This document shows, one piece after another, positions 51,658 to 64,000 of a DNA stretch of 64,000 nucleotides (the stretch's first letter is position 1; every line of letters begins with the position of its first letter). The position numbers were made by a program, and so were the translations under genes. A model generated the notes under the pieces. The model made no database searches. It saw nothing but the letters and a program-made list of their open reading frames with translations, and was not told the origin of the DNA. The DNA lies in contig JBNKOC010000004.1 in NCBI GenBank assembly GCA_050294405.1, positions 64,001 to 128,000 of the forward strand, given 5' to 3'. The stretch is from Fibrobacteria bacterium. Its GTDB lineage: Bacteria > Fibrobacterota > Fibrobacteria > UBA11236 > JADFYW01.

Positions 51658-54423
51658 ATGAAACAAAAACTATCCTTTTTGGTCATATTAGGCCTAACCG
51701 CTAACATCTTTTACGGATGTTTAAATCTTTCAGGCGCAGACAAAGACAAAGTTGCCGAGGCTTTGGGTTTGGAAACAGAAAGCGCAGGAAAATCAGGAAC
51801 CATTAGCGATACTGAACTTGCTGAATTTGCAGCCGGTGGAACAGTAAGCAAAGATGGCCTGGACTTAAACTATGTTCAGGACGACCTATATGTGGCCAAA
51901 AGCATGAAGGTTACTGATGGTACTACTGAAACTTATTACACCAAAACCTCCTCCACCACGAAATTATCAGCAGCTTCTGTAAGCTCTGTGGATTTAGTGG
52001 GAACCTGGCAAGCCTATAAGCAAATCCAGGGGGCGGGTACTGCAGATGAAAAAGTATTTCTCATCAATTTAGATGATGGGGGTAACAAATTGCTGCTAGT
52101 GGTGACCTCAGGAGATGACGGACTTTCCTGGACTACCAAACTGGAAGGTACTCCCAAATTATTGACTGAAGAGGAGTATGAAATTGTTGTAAAAGAGCTG
52201 GAAGAAAAAGTTACAGACCAAATCACTTCCGAGCTGGCGGCTTGTGAGCGTGAAGATTTTACAGCAGAAGAAATAGCCCTATGTAAAGAAAGGATCGAAA
52301 AATGCAAACCTGGTGGCGAAGCTGTAGGAACCGAACTATGCGTGGTAGAAAGATTTAACCCCTGTGACCGCCCTGACCTTACCGAAGAAGAAATTCTGGC
52401 CTGTAAAGAAAAGGTTGATGCCTGTGCCCCTGGCGGAGCTGATTATGGCACCGATGTTTGTAAGGAGCGTTTCAATCCTTGCGACGATCCTGCGCTAACC
52501 GCGGCTCAAAGGGAACAATGCATTTTCAGATACGAACATTGCGGACCAGGACAGGATTTATACGGCACCGCCCAATGTACAGGAGCTTTTGACCCTTGCG
52601 CGAATGTTCCCGAAGCAGAGCTTGAAAGCTGCCGTGAAATCGAACAAAAATGTGCGGCCCCGGAAAATTTTGAGGTCAATGCCGATTTTTGTATCGAAAC
52701 ATTGAACCCCTGTAACCTAAACCACCTCACTAATGAGGAAAAGGCGAAATGTCAGGAAAGATACGAAACCAATGAATGTTATTTATTGGAAAATATCGAA
52801 AAACCAGAATGCCAATTCCATTTTGACCCCTGCGAAGGCTTACCAGAAGAAGAGGCCATGGAATGCCGTGAAATTGAAGCTCGCTGCGGACCAGCCAATA
52901 TGAACAAAACAGAAGAAGACATCGCCTTTTGCGACGCCCATTTGAATCCATGTATGGACCCCGCCATGACCGCTACACAGAAAAGGCAATGCGAAGAACA
53001 ATGGAATATGTGCGGGCCCAACGGCACTAACCCCAACGATCCAAGATGTTTTGAAATAATAGATCCCTGCATGGACCCGTTTTTAACTCCTGAACAACAG
53101 GAACAATGTAAAATGGACAGAGAAAAATGCAGAGATCCTCAAACTCAGGAAGAAAAAGACTATTGCATGGACATTCTTGACCCTTGTAAGGTTCCAGGTT
53201 GGACTTCTGAACAAATCAAAGAATGCCGCGAACACCATGATTTTTGCGCTCAACCGGAAAACATGGACAAACCGGAATGCATGGACCAACATTTCGACCC
53301 TTGCTCCGATCCTAACATGAGCCCGGAAGAACAGCAAAAATGCCGTGAAGTGGAAATGCGCTGCGGTATTAACTACACTCCTGCCGATGAAGAATTCTGT
53401 AAAGAGGCCCTTAACCCCTGTAACGACCCTCTTTTGAGTGAAACAGAAAGGCTCGAATGTGAAGATTGGAATTATCGCTGTGGCCCTGGGGGAACCGAAG
53501 CTGGCACGCCTGCCTGTTTGGAAGGTTTTGATCCATGCATGGACCCTGCTCTAACACCTGAAGAACAGGAACAATGCCACATGAATAGAGATGTATGTAA
53601 AGATCCTCAAACCCAGGAAGAAAAAGATTTCTGCAACCAGCAGTTTAACCCCTGCATGGATCCGAATCTTACGGAAGAGGAAAGAATGCAATGCGAAGAG
53701 CATCAGGCTGCTTGCGGACCAGGCGCTCCTGAACCCCGTCCTGATTACTGCTTTGAAGTAAACAGAGACCCCTGCCGTGAAGGAGCCAGTAATTACGAAA
53801 AAGGCCTTTGCGAAATCGCCATGGATGCCTGCCATTCCGGAGAAGTCTTAGTGGATAACGAAGCTTTTTGCGCGGAACAGGGTGAAGGTGGAGATCCCTG
53901 CCGTGAAGGCGCTTCTCCCGTGGAAATGGAAATTTGCGAATACCTAAAAACAACATGTTTCAGCGGTGAAATAATGGACCCAGAGCAAGAAAAATTTTGC
54001 CACGACTATACGGGCCCCGAAGGCAATGGAGAAGGCGGCGGACCTAAACCTTTTATTGGAGCCGCTCCCAATTTAAAGGCCATTATTGACAGGTTGGGAA
54101 TCGGTATTTATTTGGATAAATTCGGACCTGTGGAAGTTTCGGTAGCTTATGTTACTGCTGCTGATATTGAGGTTATGAATGCCACTGGTGCCGATCCGGA
54201 CTTCAAGAAAATCATTGTAACCTGGGATATGTTTAAAGACGGTGGACCTAACAACGAACATATTGTTGTTAATATTGAACTAGATGGAAAAATGGTTCCG
54301 TTCACCCTCCTGGCCTCAGAAGGGGACGATCCCAGTAATCCTGCGGATGTTCCCGGAGGACCTATGATATACAACAAAGGCCTTGCCGTTTTGGAATCCG
54401 CTGTGTTAATGAACATGAAGTAA
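51658..54423 (+). CDS. Lipoprotein with 15 tandem four-cysteine acidic repeats; unknown function
   Basis: Lipobox FYG-C. Central [DN]PC-x10-12-C-x6(8)-C-x10-14-C array. Has its own promoter and terminator. Confidence 0.85.
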   Translation: MKQKLSFLVILGLTANIFYGCLNLSGADKDKVAEALGLETESAGKSGTISDTELAEFAAGGTVSKDGLDLNYVQDDLYVAKSMKVTDGTTETYYTKTSSTTKLSAASVSSVDLVGTWQAYKQIQGAGTADEKVFLINLDDGGNKLLLVVTSGDDGLSWTTKLEGTPKLLTEEEYEIVVKELEEKVTDQITSELAACEREDFTAEEIALCKERIEKCKPGGEAVGTELCVVERFNPCDRPDLTEEEILACKEKVDACAPGGADYGTDVCKERFNPCDDPALTAAQREQCIFRYEHCGPGQDLYGTAQCTGAFDPCANVPEAELESCREIEQKCAAPENFEVNADFCIETLNPCNLNHLTNEEKAKCQERYETNECYLLENIEKPECQFHFDPCEGLPEEEAMECREIEARCGPANMNKTEEDIAFCDAHLNPCMDPAMTATQKRQCEEQWNMCGPNGTNPNDPRCFEIIDPCMDPFLTPEQQEQCKMDREKCRDPQTQEEKDYCMDILDPCKVPGWTSEQIKECREHHDFCAQPENMDKPECMDQHFDPCSDPNMSPEEQQKCREVEMRCGINYTPADEEFCKEALNPCNDPLLSETERLECEDWNYRCGPGGTEAGTPACLEGFDPCMDPALTPEEQEQCHMNRDVCKDPQTQEEKDFCNQQFNPCMDPNLTEEERMQCEEHQAACGPGAPEPRPDYCFEVNRDPCREGASNYEKGLCEIAMDACHSGEVLVDNEAFCAEQGEGGDPCREGASPVEMEICEYLKTTCFSGEIMDPEQEKFCHDYTGPEGNGEGGGPKPFIGAAPNLKAIIDRLGIGIYLDKFGPVEVSVAYVTAADIEVMNATGADPDFKKIIVTWDMFKDGGPNNEHIVVNIELDGKMVPFTLLASEGDDPSNPADVPGGPMIYNKGLAVLESAVLMNMK
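52237..54015 (+). repeat. Intragenic tandem repeat, 15 units of about 39 codons
   Basis: Recurrent [FLI][DN]PC motif about every 117 bp. Units 8 and 12 (starting 53062 and 53530, 468 bp apart) are nearly identical. Confidence 0.9.
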
Positions 54424-54450
54424 AACCTATTCTTTAATACCCTCCCTTTT

Positions 54451-54484
54451 GGGCTGTGGCTTTAGCCACAGCCCTTTATTTTTC
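54451..54484 (+). terminator. Rho-independent terminator
   Basis: GGGCTGTGGC-ttta-GCCACAGCCC perfect 10-bp stem followed by TTTATTTTT. Confidence 0.88.
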
Positions 54485-55417
54485 CTGGTTCCCTATTCCG
54501 TAAGGAACATGCACCATAGCCATGGGTATATCGGGTTTAGCCAGGTTCAGTTTTTGATCGTCAAAAAAGATATGGGGCCTGTACTCCGATAATATTTTGG
54601 CCTTGGATATGCCACCTAGAAAAAAGGAGACATCTATATGTATACCCCAATGGCGCAGCGATTGGATGACTCTTTCATGGGCGGGAGCATTTCTGGCAGT
54701 AACCATAGCCGTCTGAATTTTAGGTTTGTAATGGGGTTCGAGCTTTTGTCGCTCGAACTCGGTCTTTTGTATGGCTGAAATTTTTCGCAGCAGTGTTAAA
54801 AGCGGCCCGGAAGCCATGGGAACATGGGAGTTCTCTTCTTCGTGGTGTTGAAACTCCGCCAAACCTCTTTCCTTAAAAACCTTTTCAGAACTGTCATCCG
54901 CTAATATACCGTCAAAATCAAAAGCAATTTTCAAGATATCGTCTAGGTTGACTTTTTCATCATGACCTTCCCATTCGTGGGGCAAAATCAAACCGGCGGG
55001 AAAGCCGAGCGCAGCCGCCTCAGATACATCCCTCTCATTGGCCGACAAAAACAAGCTGGCGTTAAAAGCCTTTATGTATGTATAGGGGTTTTGACCGCAG
55101 GTAAATGCAGCCCTGGTCACCCCCATGTTGTAATGTTTAAAAGAGTTAAAAACCCTGTTTCCGGTATCGGCATCGTTCTTCGAAAGCAAAACCACCTCAA
55201 TGGGTTCGAATTGCTCTGCGGGACTATTAATCGCCAAAAGCCGTTTAATAAAACTGAATCCCGACCCAGGCAAAAAAGGCTCGTTTTCTTTTTCCCGGGA
55301 AAAAATCCGATAAGCCTCTTCTCCCTCCTCGCGAAAAACCCGGTCAGCCTCTTTTAAGTTAAAAATGGCGCTGGAGGCCACCCCAATCACCAGTTTATTT
55401 TCCAAATCAAATGCCAT
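54476..55417 (-). CDS. 5'-nucleotidase (cN-I-like family)
   Basis: LVI.V.S.A.F.L, EVVLLS.N...TG.RV.NS, LFLSA, IAFDFDG.L.DD.SE, VTAR.APAHER and PHIFFDDQ. Confidence 0.92.
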   Translation of the reverse strand: MAFDLENKLVIGVASSAIFNLKEADRVFREEGEEAYRIFSREKENEPFLPGSGFSFIKRLLAINSPAEQFEPIEVVLLSKNDADTGNRVFNSFKHYNMGVTRAAFTCGQNPYTYIKAFNASLFLSANERDVSEAAALGFPAGLILPHEWEGHDEKVNLDDILKIAFDFDGILADDSSEKVFKERGLAEFQHHEEENSHVPMASGPLLTLLRKISAIQKTEFERQKLEPHYKPKIQTAMVTARNAPAHERVIQSLRHWGIHIDVSFFLGGISKAKILSEYRPHIFFDDQKLNLAKPDIPMAMVHVPYGIGNQEK

Positions 55418-55560
55418 GCTGCATAAATTAGCTAATCTGGCTTAAAATCCTTAATTTTATTACCGGCTATCCCATTGAGCCCGGTTTTTTTATCTTCCTT
55501 TAAGGATAAAATCAGCCACTCATTCAAAGTCCAAATTCGGACTAAAAAGAAAGGAATAAC

Positions 55561-56241
55561 TTGCTAGCTACCCCCTTGGTATTGGAAAAACCCCAATTTT
55601 GCCACTATTTACCTACGAAAATGGCCCAAATGGAAACTTTTTTGGCCCAAGGCGTCTCGGGGGAAGATCTGGACTTTTTGCTATCGGAGGGCTGGCGAAA
55701 ATTCGGGGAGTACTACTTTAAGCCCAGTTGCCCGGATTGCCAGGCCTGCATCCCCATACGGATAAACTGTAAAAACTTTGAACACAGCAAGAGTCAAAAA
55801 AGGATTTTAAGAAAAAATCAGGAAACTGAAGTGCGATTTGTCCCCCTGAAATTTAGGGAAGAAATATTTCAAATTCACCAAGCCCATTCCGAAACAAAAT
55901 TCAATCGTTCGGTCACCCGGGAGGAAATCAAGCAAGGTTTTTACAAACCCTCCTGCCCCAGCATGCAATCGGAGTATTACATTGAAAATACGCTGGCCGC
56001 TGTGGGCTATTTGGATCAATCTTCCAAGGCCCTTAGCTCGGTATATTTTGTTTACCATCCCGATTTTTCAGCTTTCAGTCTGGGGCATTTTGCCGTGCTG
56101 GCAGAGGTAAAAAAAGCCCTGACCCTGGGTTTAGATTTTTATTATTTAGGCTATTGGATTGAAGGTAACAAACATATGAAATACAAAGCCAATTATCAGC
56201 CTCATGAAAAATTCAATTGGGAAAAAGGCGAATGGATTTAA
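55561..56241 (+). CDS. Arginyl/leucyl-tRNA--protein transferase (ATE/Bpt family)
   Basis: C.YLP, GWRK.G...F.P.C..C.AC.P.R, SKSQKR, LSSVY..Y.P.F...SLG, YYLGYWI and M.YK. TTG start after AAAGGA. Confidence 0.9.
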   Translation: MLATPLVLEKPQFCHYLPTKMAQMETFLAQGVSGEDLDFLLSEGWRKFGEYYFKPSCPDCQACIPIRINCKNFEHSKSQKRILRKNQETEVRFVPLKFREEIFQIHQAHSETKFNRSVTREEIKQGFYKPSCPSMQSEYYIENTLAAVGYLDQSSKALSSVYFVYHPDFSAFSLGHFAVLAEVKKALTLGLDFYYLGYWIEGNKHMKYKANYQPHEKFNWEKGEWI

Positions 56242-57314
56242 TTCGAAATAAAAAAAACGGATGTTTGTATTTTATTTTTCTTTTGGGCCTGCTGGCAACT
56301 CGACCGGAGAGCCTTTACGCCCAGGCTGAAGACAGCTTAAATATATACATACATCCCTTCGCCCCCTTTGTTACAGCGGAAGATAGAGAATACAAAGGTT
56401 TTGATATTGATTTGTGGGAAGCTATCGCCAAAGAAATTGATATGCCTTACAAATATGTTCCCGTTAACAAATTTGAAGAAATTTTTTCCAGGGTTAAGTC
56501 CGACTCCTTGGGAATTGGCCTGGCCGCCATTACCATGACTCAAAACCGGGAAGAGGAGTTTAATTTTAGTTACCCCTATTTCAACAGCGGGCTAAATGTG
56601 GCCCTGCAATCCCGGTACAAAGAAAGTTTTTCCATGCTGCTAAGCGCCCTTTTTGACAGCCAACTCCTAAACATCATTCTGGGAATGTTAGTGTTTATTT
56701 TAATATCCTCCCATTTAATCTGGTTTTTTGAAAGAGGAGAAGACGCCATTAGCGACACCTACTTTCCGGGAATTTTTGAGGGCGCCTGGTGGACCATTGT
56801 CACCATGTCCACGGTTGGGTATGGTGATATTTCTCCTAAAAAATGGACAGGGAGAATGGTGGCCGTATTTGTAATTATTATGGGAATCACCTTTTTTGGA
56901 ATCGCCATTGCCGAGTTGAGCGCTACCTTCGCCTCCCAAAAAATGGGAATTGGCATCCAATCCATTTCTGACTTAAAAGGTCGAAAAGTGGGTGTTTTAA
57001 AGGGAACCACTGCTGAAGAGTTTATGTCTCAAAAATCAGCTTTAGTCATTCATTACCCCAGTATTGAAAAGGCTTTAGAGGAACTGGAGGCTGAAAAAAT
57101 CGATGCAGTTGTGGGGGATGACCCTGTTTTGCGCCATTTGATAAAATCTCGCCATTTTAACCTGGAGCTTTTGGGTAAATTCAAAACGGAAAATTATGGC
57201 ATCCTATTTTCAGAAAACAATAATTTGCGGGAAAATATCAACCGAGAATTACTCAAGTTAGAGGCTTCGGGCCAATTAGAGTTGTTGAGGAAAAATTGGT
57301 TTGACTCCAATTAG
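56232..57314 (+). CDS. Ligand-gated K+ channel, GluR0-like (split SBP domain plus K+ pore)
   Basis: Signal peptide, S1 (PFV, GFDIDLW, ITMT..RE), TM1, pore TMSTVGYGD, TM2, S2 (L.G.KVG...GTT, YGI). Confidence 0.88.
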   Translation: MDLIRNKKNGCLYFIFLLGLLATRPESLYAQAEDSLNIYIHPFAPFVTAEDREYKGFDIDLWEAIAKEIDMPYKYVPVNKFEEIFSRVKSDSLGIGLAAITMTQNREEEFNFSYPYFNSGLNVALQSRYKESFSMLLSALFDSQLLNIILGMLVFILISSHLIWFFERGEDAISDTYFPGIFEGAWWTIVTMSTVGYGDISPKKWTGRMVAVFVIIMGITFFGIAIAELSATFASQKMGIGIQSISDLKGRKVGVLKGTTAEEFMSQKSALVIHYPSIEKALEELEAEKIDAVVGDDPVLRHLIKSRHFNLELLGKFKTENYGILFSENNNLRENINRELLKLEASGQLELLRKNWFDSN

Positions 57315-57357
57315 TGAATAAACAATATTTTATAATACAACGAGGTATTTCACTGAG

Positions 57358-57675
57358 ATGAAAGAAAGCGAATTCAAGCAACTCACTCAAATTAAAAATA
57401 TCCATGAACTTTCTGAAGAAGTTGTGGATGAATATGCTCAAATCTTTTTAGACAAAATTGATGAGCAAAATGAATCTGAATATACTTCCAGTTATTTTTG
57501 GTGCCCCAAATGTGAATCTCCTGATGCATTGGTTGAAGTGGACGACCTCAATCAAAAAGGCGTGGCCTCCTGTCCAAATTGTCGCATGTCTGTTATTTTG
57601 GTTCACGGCCAAGATGGTGAATTAGAAGAGTGGGATGATGCCTGGGACGACGATGACGAAGAAGAATTAGAGTAA
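57358..57675 (+). CDS. Small acidic zinc-ribbon protein
   Basis: CPKC...CPNC pair and an Asp/Glu-rich tail. Confidence 0.7.
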   Translation: MKESEFKQLTQIKNIHELSEEVVDEYAQIFLDKIDEQNESEYTSSYFWCPKCESPDALVEVDDLNQKGVASCPNCRMSVILVHGQDGELEEWDDAWDDDDEEELE

Positions 57676-57798
57676 ACCGTAAGGTTTTCTTGACTTTTGA
57701 AACATCTCCGCAATTATTTATTTCCAATAAAATTTTTTTTGTTTTTTTTTCTTCGCGCAGATTAAAAAAGCTGGGTTTTTAATTAACTTGGAATTCTC

Positions 57799-59163
57799 AT
57801 GGGCCGGCAAATTGTCATTTTCTTTTTGTTGACGCTGATAACAGCGAATAGCCCGATGTTTGCAATGGAGTTAAATCTCTTTGCCGCCCTTAAAAAAGCT
57901 TCCGGCGAAACCGATGACATGGCCATCTTAAAAGAACGCCTTAACATGAACCATTACGAAATTGAAGGGATTAAAAGCGCTTTGTTTCCAGTGGTTCAAT
58001 TTTCCACCGGACTTAATTATTTATCCATCTCCAGCAAAAGTTTTCCTCCATATTTTACAGAGGTCCCCTCTGATGGAGGGGGCGGTGGCGCTTCTTTTCC
58101 CAGCCGCTTTTACGGTTCTGAAATCAACTGGAATTTAAGTTTCAGACAACCTCTTTTTACCTTTGGCCGCTTAGGTGTATTAATTAAAATCGCCAGAAAA
58201 ACTCAGGATATAAATAACCTGAATTACGACATCGAAAAAGAAAAATATTATTTCAATGCGCTATCCAGTTGGACTACGGCTTATCTGGCCCAACATCAAT
58301 TGCAAACATCTTTAAAATCTTTAGAGAGGCTTCGCCAAATTAAAGATTTTACAGAAATAAATTTTAAAATGGGTGGTTCATCCAAACTGGATGCCATGCG
58401 TAGCGAAAGCAGGCTGATGCTAGCCATGGGCGATTCTTCTCAATTGGAAATTAACGCCCGGCAGAGCTTGGAAAGTTTAAAACATTTGTTGGGAATCGAC
58501 TCCGCTGCGGATGTTTCCATCGCTAGAAACAACAATGAAGACAGTTGGGTTCAAGCTAACATGGCTTCCAAGGGTCGGAAAGAATTAGAAATTCAAAAGC
58601 TAAATAGAGAAATCACCCAGCATTGGGCCCAGTACGAAAGAGCCAATCTACTTCCCGCCATATATCTTTCCGGAGGCATGGACAATAAGGTTCAGGAATA
58701 CGACACTGAATTCGATATAGTGCCCCCCTCCCCTTCTGGGCTAGTTGACCCCGACTATTTTAATTACCGCTTAGGAATACAAATGGACTGGACTTTATTT
58801 GATGGCTTTAAAACTACATCTGCAGTACATCGTCGCAAGGCCGAAGCTAATTTGGAACTTAGAAAATGGAATAAGCTTAAAAATTCACTGGAGCTGGCCC
58901 AAAAAGAAGCTAAAAACAGCCGTGAAGCGGCTGAGGCCATGGTTGTCGCCTCAGAGCTTGCAGTTAAGGCAGCCCGGACCGCTTACGAGATTGCACAGAC
59001 CGATTACAAATCCGGCCAATTGTCCATTCACCAGCTTTTGGAAATAGATGAAGAATTCAGAATGGCCGAATTTCGCTGGGCCAGCGCCTGGACAAATTTA
59101 ATATTGAGCCATGCCAATGAGCGCATTGCCAATGGAATAAGCTTAATGGAGGGTATTCATTAA
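57799..59163 (+). CDS. TolC-family outer membrane efflux protein
   Basis: Signal peptide, two OEP repeats (P.V.F, QPLFTFG; LP.I.L, W.LFDG, Y..G..S); first gene of the efflux triad. Confidence 0.88.
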   Translation: MGRQIVIFFLLTLITANSPMFAMELNLFAALKKASGETDDMAILKERLNMNHYEIEGIKSALFPVVQFSTGLNYLSISSKSFPPYFTEVPSDGGGGGASFPSRFYGSEINWNLSFRQPLFTFGRLGVLIKIARKTQDINNLNYDIEKEKYYFNALSSWTTAYLAQHQLQTSLKSLERLRQIKDFTEINFKMGGSSKLDAMRSESRLMLAMGDSSQLEINARQSLESLKHLLGIDSAADVSIARNNNEDSWVQANMASKGRKELEIQKLNREITQHWAQYERANLLPAIYLSGGMDNKVQEYDTEFDIVPPSPSGLVDPDYFNYRLGIQMDWTLFDGFKTTSAVHRRKAEANLELRKWNKLKNSLELAQKEAKNSREAAEAMVVASELAVKAARTAYEIAQTDYKSGQLSIHQLLEIDEEFRMAEFRWASAWTNLILSHANERIANGISLMEGIH

Positions 59164-60218
59164 TGTTAAAAGGATTTTTGATTGTAGGAATCTGGGCTAT
59201 GTTATTTGCCTGCAATTCCGAAAATACTGAAGAAACTCAGGCTGCTGAAGAGGTTACAGCAAAAAAAGACAGCTCAAAGGCCGTAGCTGTTTCTGTTATC
59301 GAAGTTAAGACCAAAAAATTTGTGGAAACCCATTCTTTTTACGGTAGCGTAGAGGGTTCCGAGTCCGCCCTTTTGGTGAGTTATACCGGTGGCTTGGTTA
59401 ACAAAGTAAAGGTTAAAAACGGGGACAAAGTCAGCAAAGGGCAGAGCCTGTGCAGCATTGAATCCGAAAAGTATGTACTTCTATACGAAACTGCCGAGCT
59501 CAATAAAAAATTAGCCAGCGAAGAATTCGAACGGGCCAAAACACATTTTGAAGCTGGCAGTTTTAGCCAGACACAACTGGATGCCGCCCAACAAAAATTG
59601 CTAGCTGCCAAAAACCAGGAAATTGAAGCCCGTAAAAATAAAAACGCCTCTCTATGCATCTCACCCATTAGCGGAATTGCCACCGAAGTCATAATAGAGC
59701 CTTACCAAAATTTGGTTCCGGGCGCTGCTACCATCCATGTATCTGATATTAAAAACATTAAAATTGAAGTGGGAATTCCCGAAAATGAAATTTCAGGCTT
59801 TGTAAAAGGGGCAGATGCAAAAATAAAGCACCCTCGAATTCCCGACAGCAGCTACGCTGGACAGGTTGAAACCATTACAGCCAGGGTTAGGCCCAGCGAT
59901 AAGAACTTCATCGCCGAAATAAAATTGAAAAACCCCAATCAGGAATTAAAACCCGGACAAACCGTGGAAGTGGTTTTATCTAAAGTTCCTATGGAAGATG
60001 CCATCGTATTGCCCAGTGAAGTTATTCTCAACTTGGAAAACGGCAATGCAGTTATGGCTGCCGTTGATGGAAAAGCAAGAAAAATTACAGTGGAAAAAGG
60101 ACCGGCAAACGCTTTGGAATCTGTTATTCTTTCCGGTTTAAATCCTGGAGATAAAATCATCTCCAAAGGCCAGATGTTAGTGGTTGATGGCTCTCCCATT
60201 CAGGTAGAAAAGATGTAA
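59163..60218 (+). CDS. RND efflux membrane fusion protein (lipoprotein)
   Basis: Lipobox LFA-C, G.V..V.V..GD.V.KGQ.L, SPISG, LKPG and GL.PGD.I...G. Confidence 0.92.
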   Translation: MLKGFLIVGIWAMLFACNSENTEETQAAEEVTAKKDSSKAVAVSVIEVKTKKFVETHSFYGSVEGSESALLVSYTGGLVNKVKVKNGDKVSKGQSLCSIESEKYVLLYETAELNKKLASEEFERAKTHFEAGSFSQTQLDAAQQKLLAAKNQEIEARKNKNASLCISPISGIATEVIIEPYQNLVPGAATIHVSDIKNIKIEVGIPENEISGFVKGADAKIKHPRIPDSSYAGQVETITARVRPSDKNFIAEIKLKNPNQELKPGQTVEVVLSKVPMEDAIVLPSEVILNLENGNAVMAAVDGKARKITVEKGPANALESVILSGLNPGDKIISKGQMLVVDGSPIQVEKM

Positions 60219-60222
60219 TTAC

Positions 60223-64000
<3,778 letters not shown>

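Noticed and set aside
52237..54015. Cys-rich array as a CRISPR array or multiheme cytochrome
   Set aside because: The repeats are degenerate at DNA level and in-frame coding, and there are no CxxCH motifs.
40453..57700. tRNA-Glu as the attachment site of a genomic island covering the accessory genes downstream
   Set aside because: No integrase or transposase, no duplicated tRNA 3' end seen in the window, and no obvious compositional shift.

Overview
This is a gene-dense, AT-rich bacterial chromosome segment. The FlgD/T9SS-type C-terminal domain, the kinase/PEGA module and the general gene content suggest Fibrobacterota or a related FCB lineage; this assignment is inference. In order, the window holds an Opp/Dpp peptide ABC transporter operon, a HisN/IMPase-family phosphatase, a metallophosphoesterase and a reduced dcw cluster (mraZ-rsmH-ftsL-ftsI-murE-murF-ftsW-murC-ftsQ-ftsA-ftsZ, with no mraY, murD, murG, murB or ddl). 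Next come a Ser/Thr kinase, a membrane partner and a 1533-aa FN3/PA14/Ig lipoprotein, followed by a vWA membrane protein, nadB, a SurA/PpiD-like PPIase, an HD-GYP response regulator, a 1886-aa secreted beta-helix protein and tRNA-Glu(CTC). The remainder is a run of accessory genes (YHS, MOSC, HAD, SH3, CbrC, DUF2141, OmpA, BamA/TamA-like, SulP, 5'-nucleotidase, Arg/Leu transferase, GluR0-like channel), a TolC-MFP-RND efflux system and the 5' part of pgi. I found no integrase, transposase or CRISPR array. The best unexplained signals are: (1) an orphan sigma-54 promoter with an upstream palindrome driving a ~110-nt hairpin RNA whose loop displays an anti-Shine-Dalgarno sequence; (2) a 921-aa lipoprotein built from 15 tandem four-cysteine repeats behind a perfect CRP-type box; (3) tandem NrdR-type boxes upstream of the dcw operon; (4) a second orphan promoter with a ~170-nt rod-like, 6S-like RNA candidate; (5) a divergent FMN/Fe-S FabX/NMO-like enzyme; (6) an SH3 protein with a GltF/CglF-like tail. 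All family assignments come from motif recognition by eye; no database searches were run.
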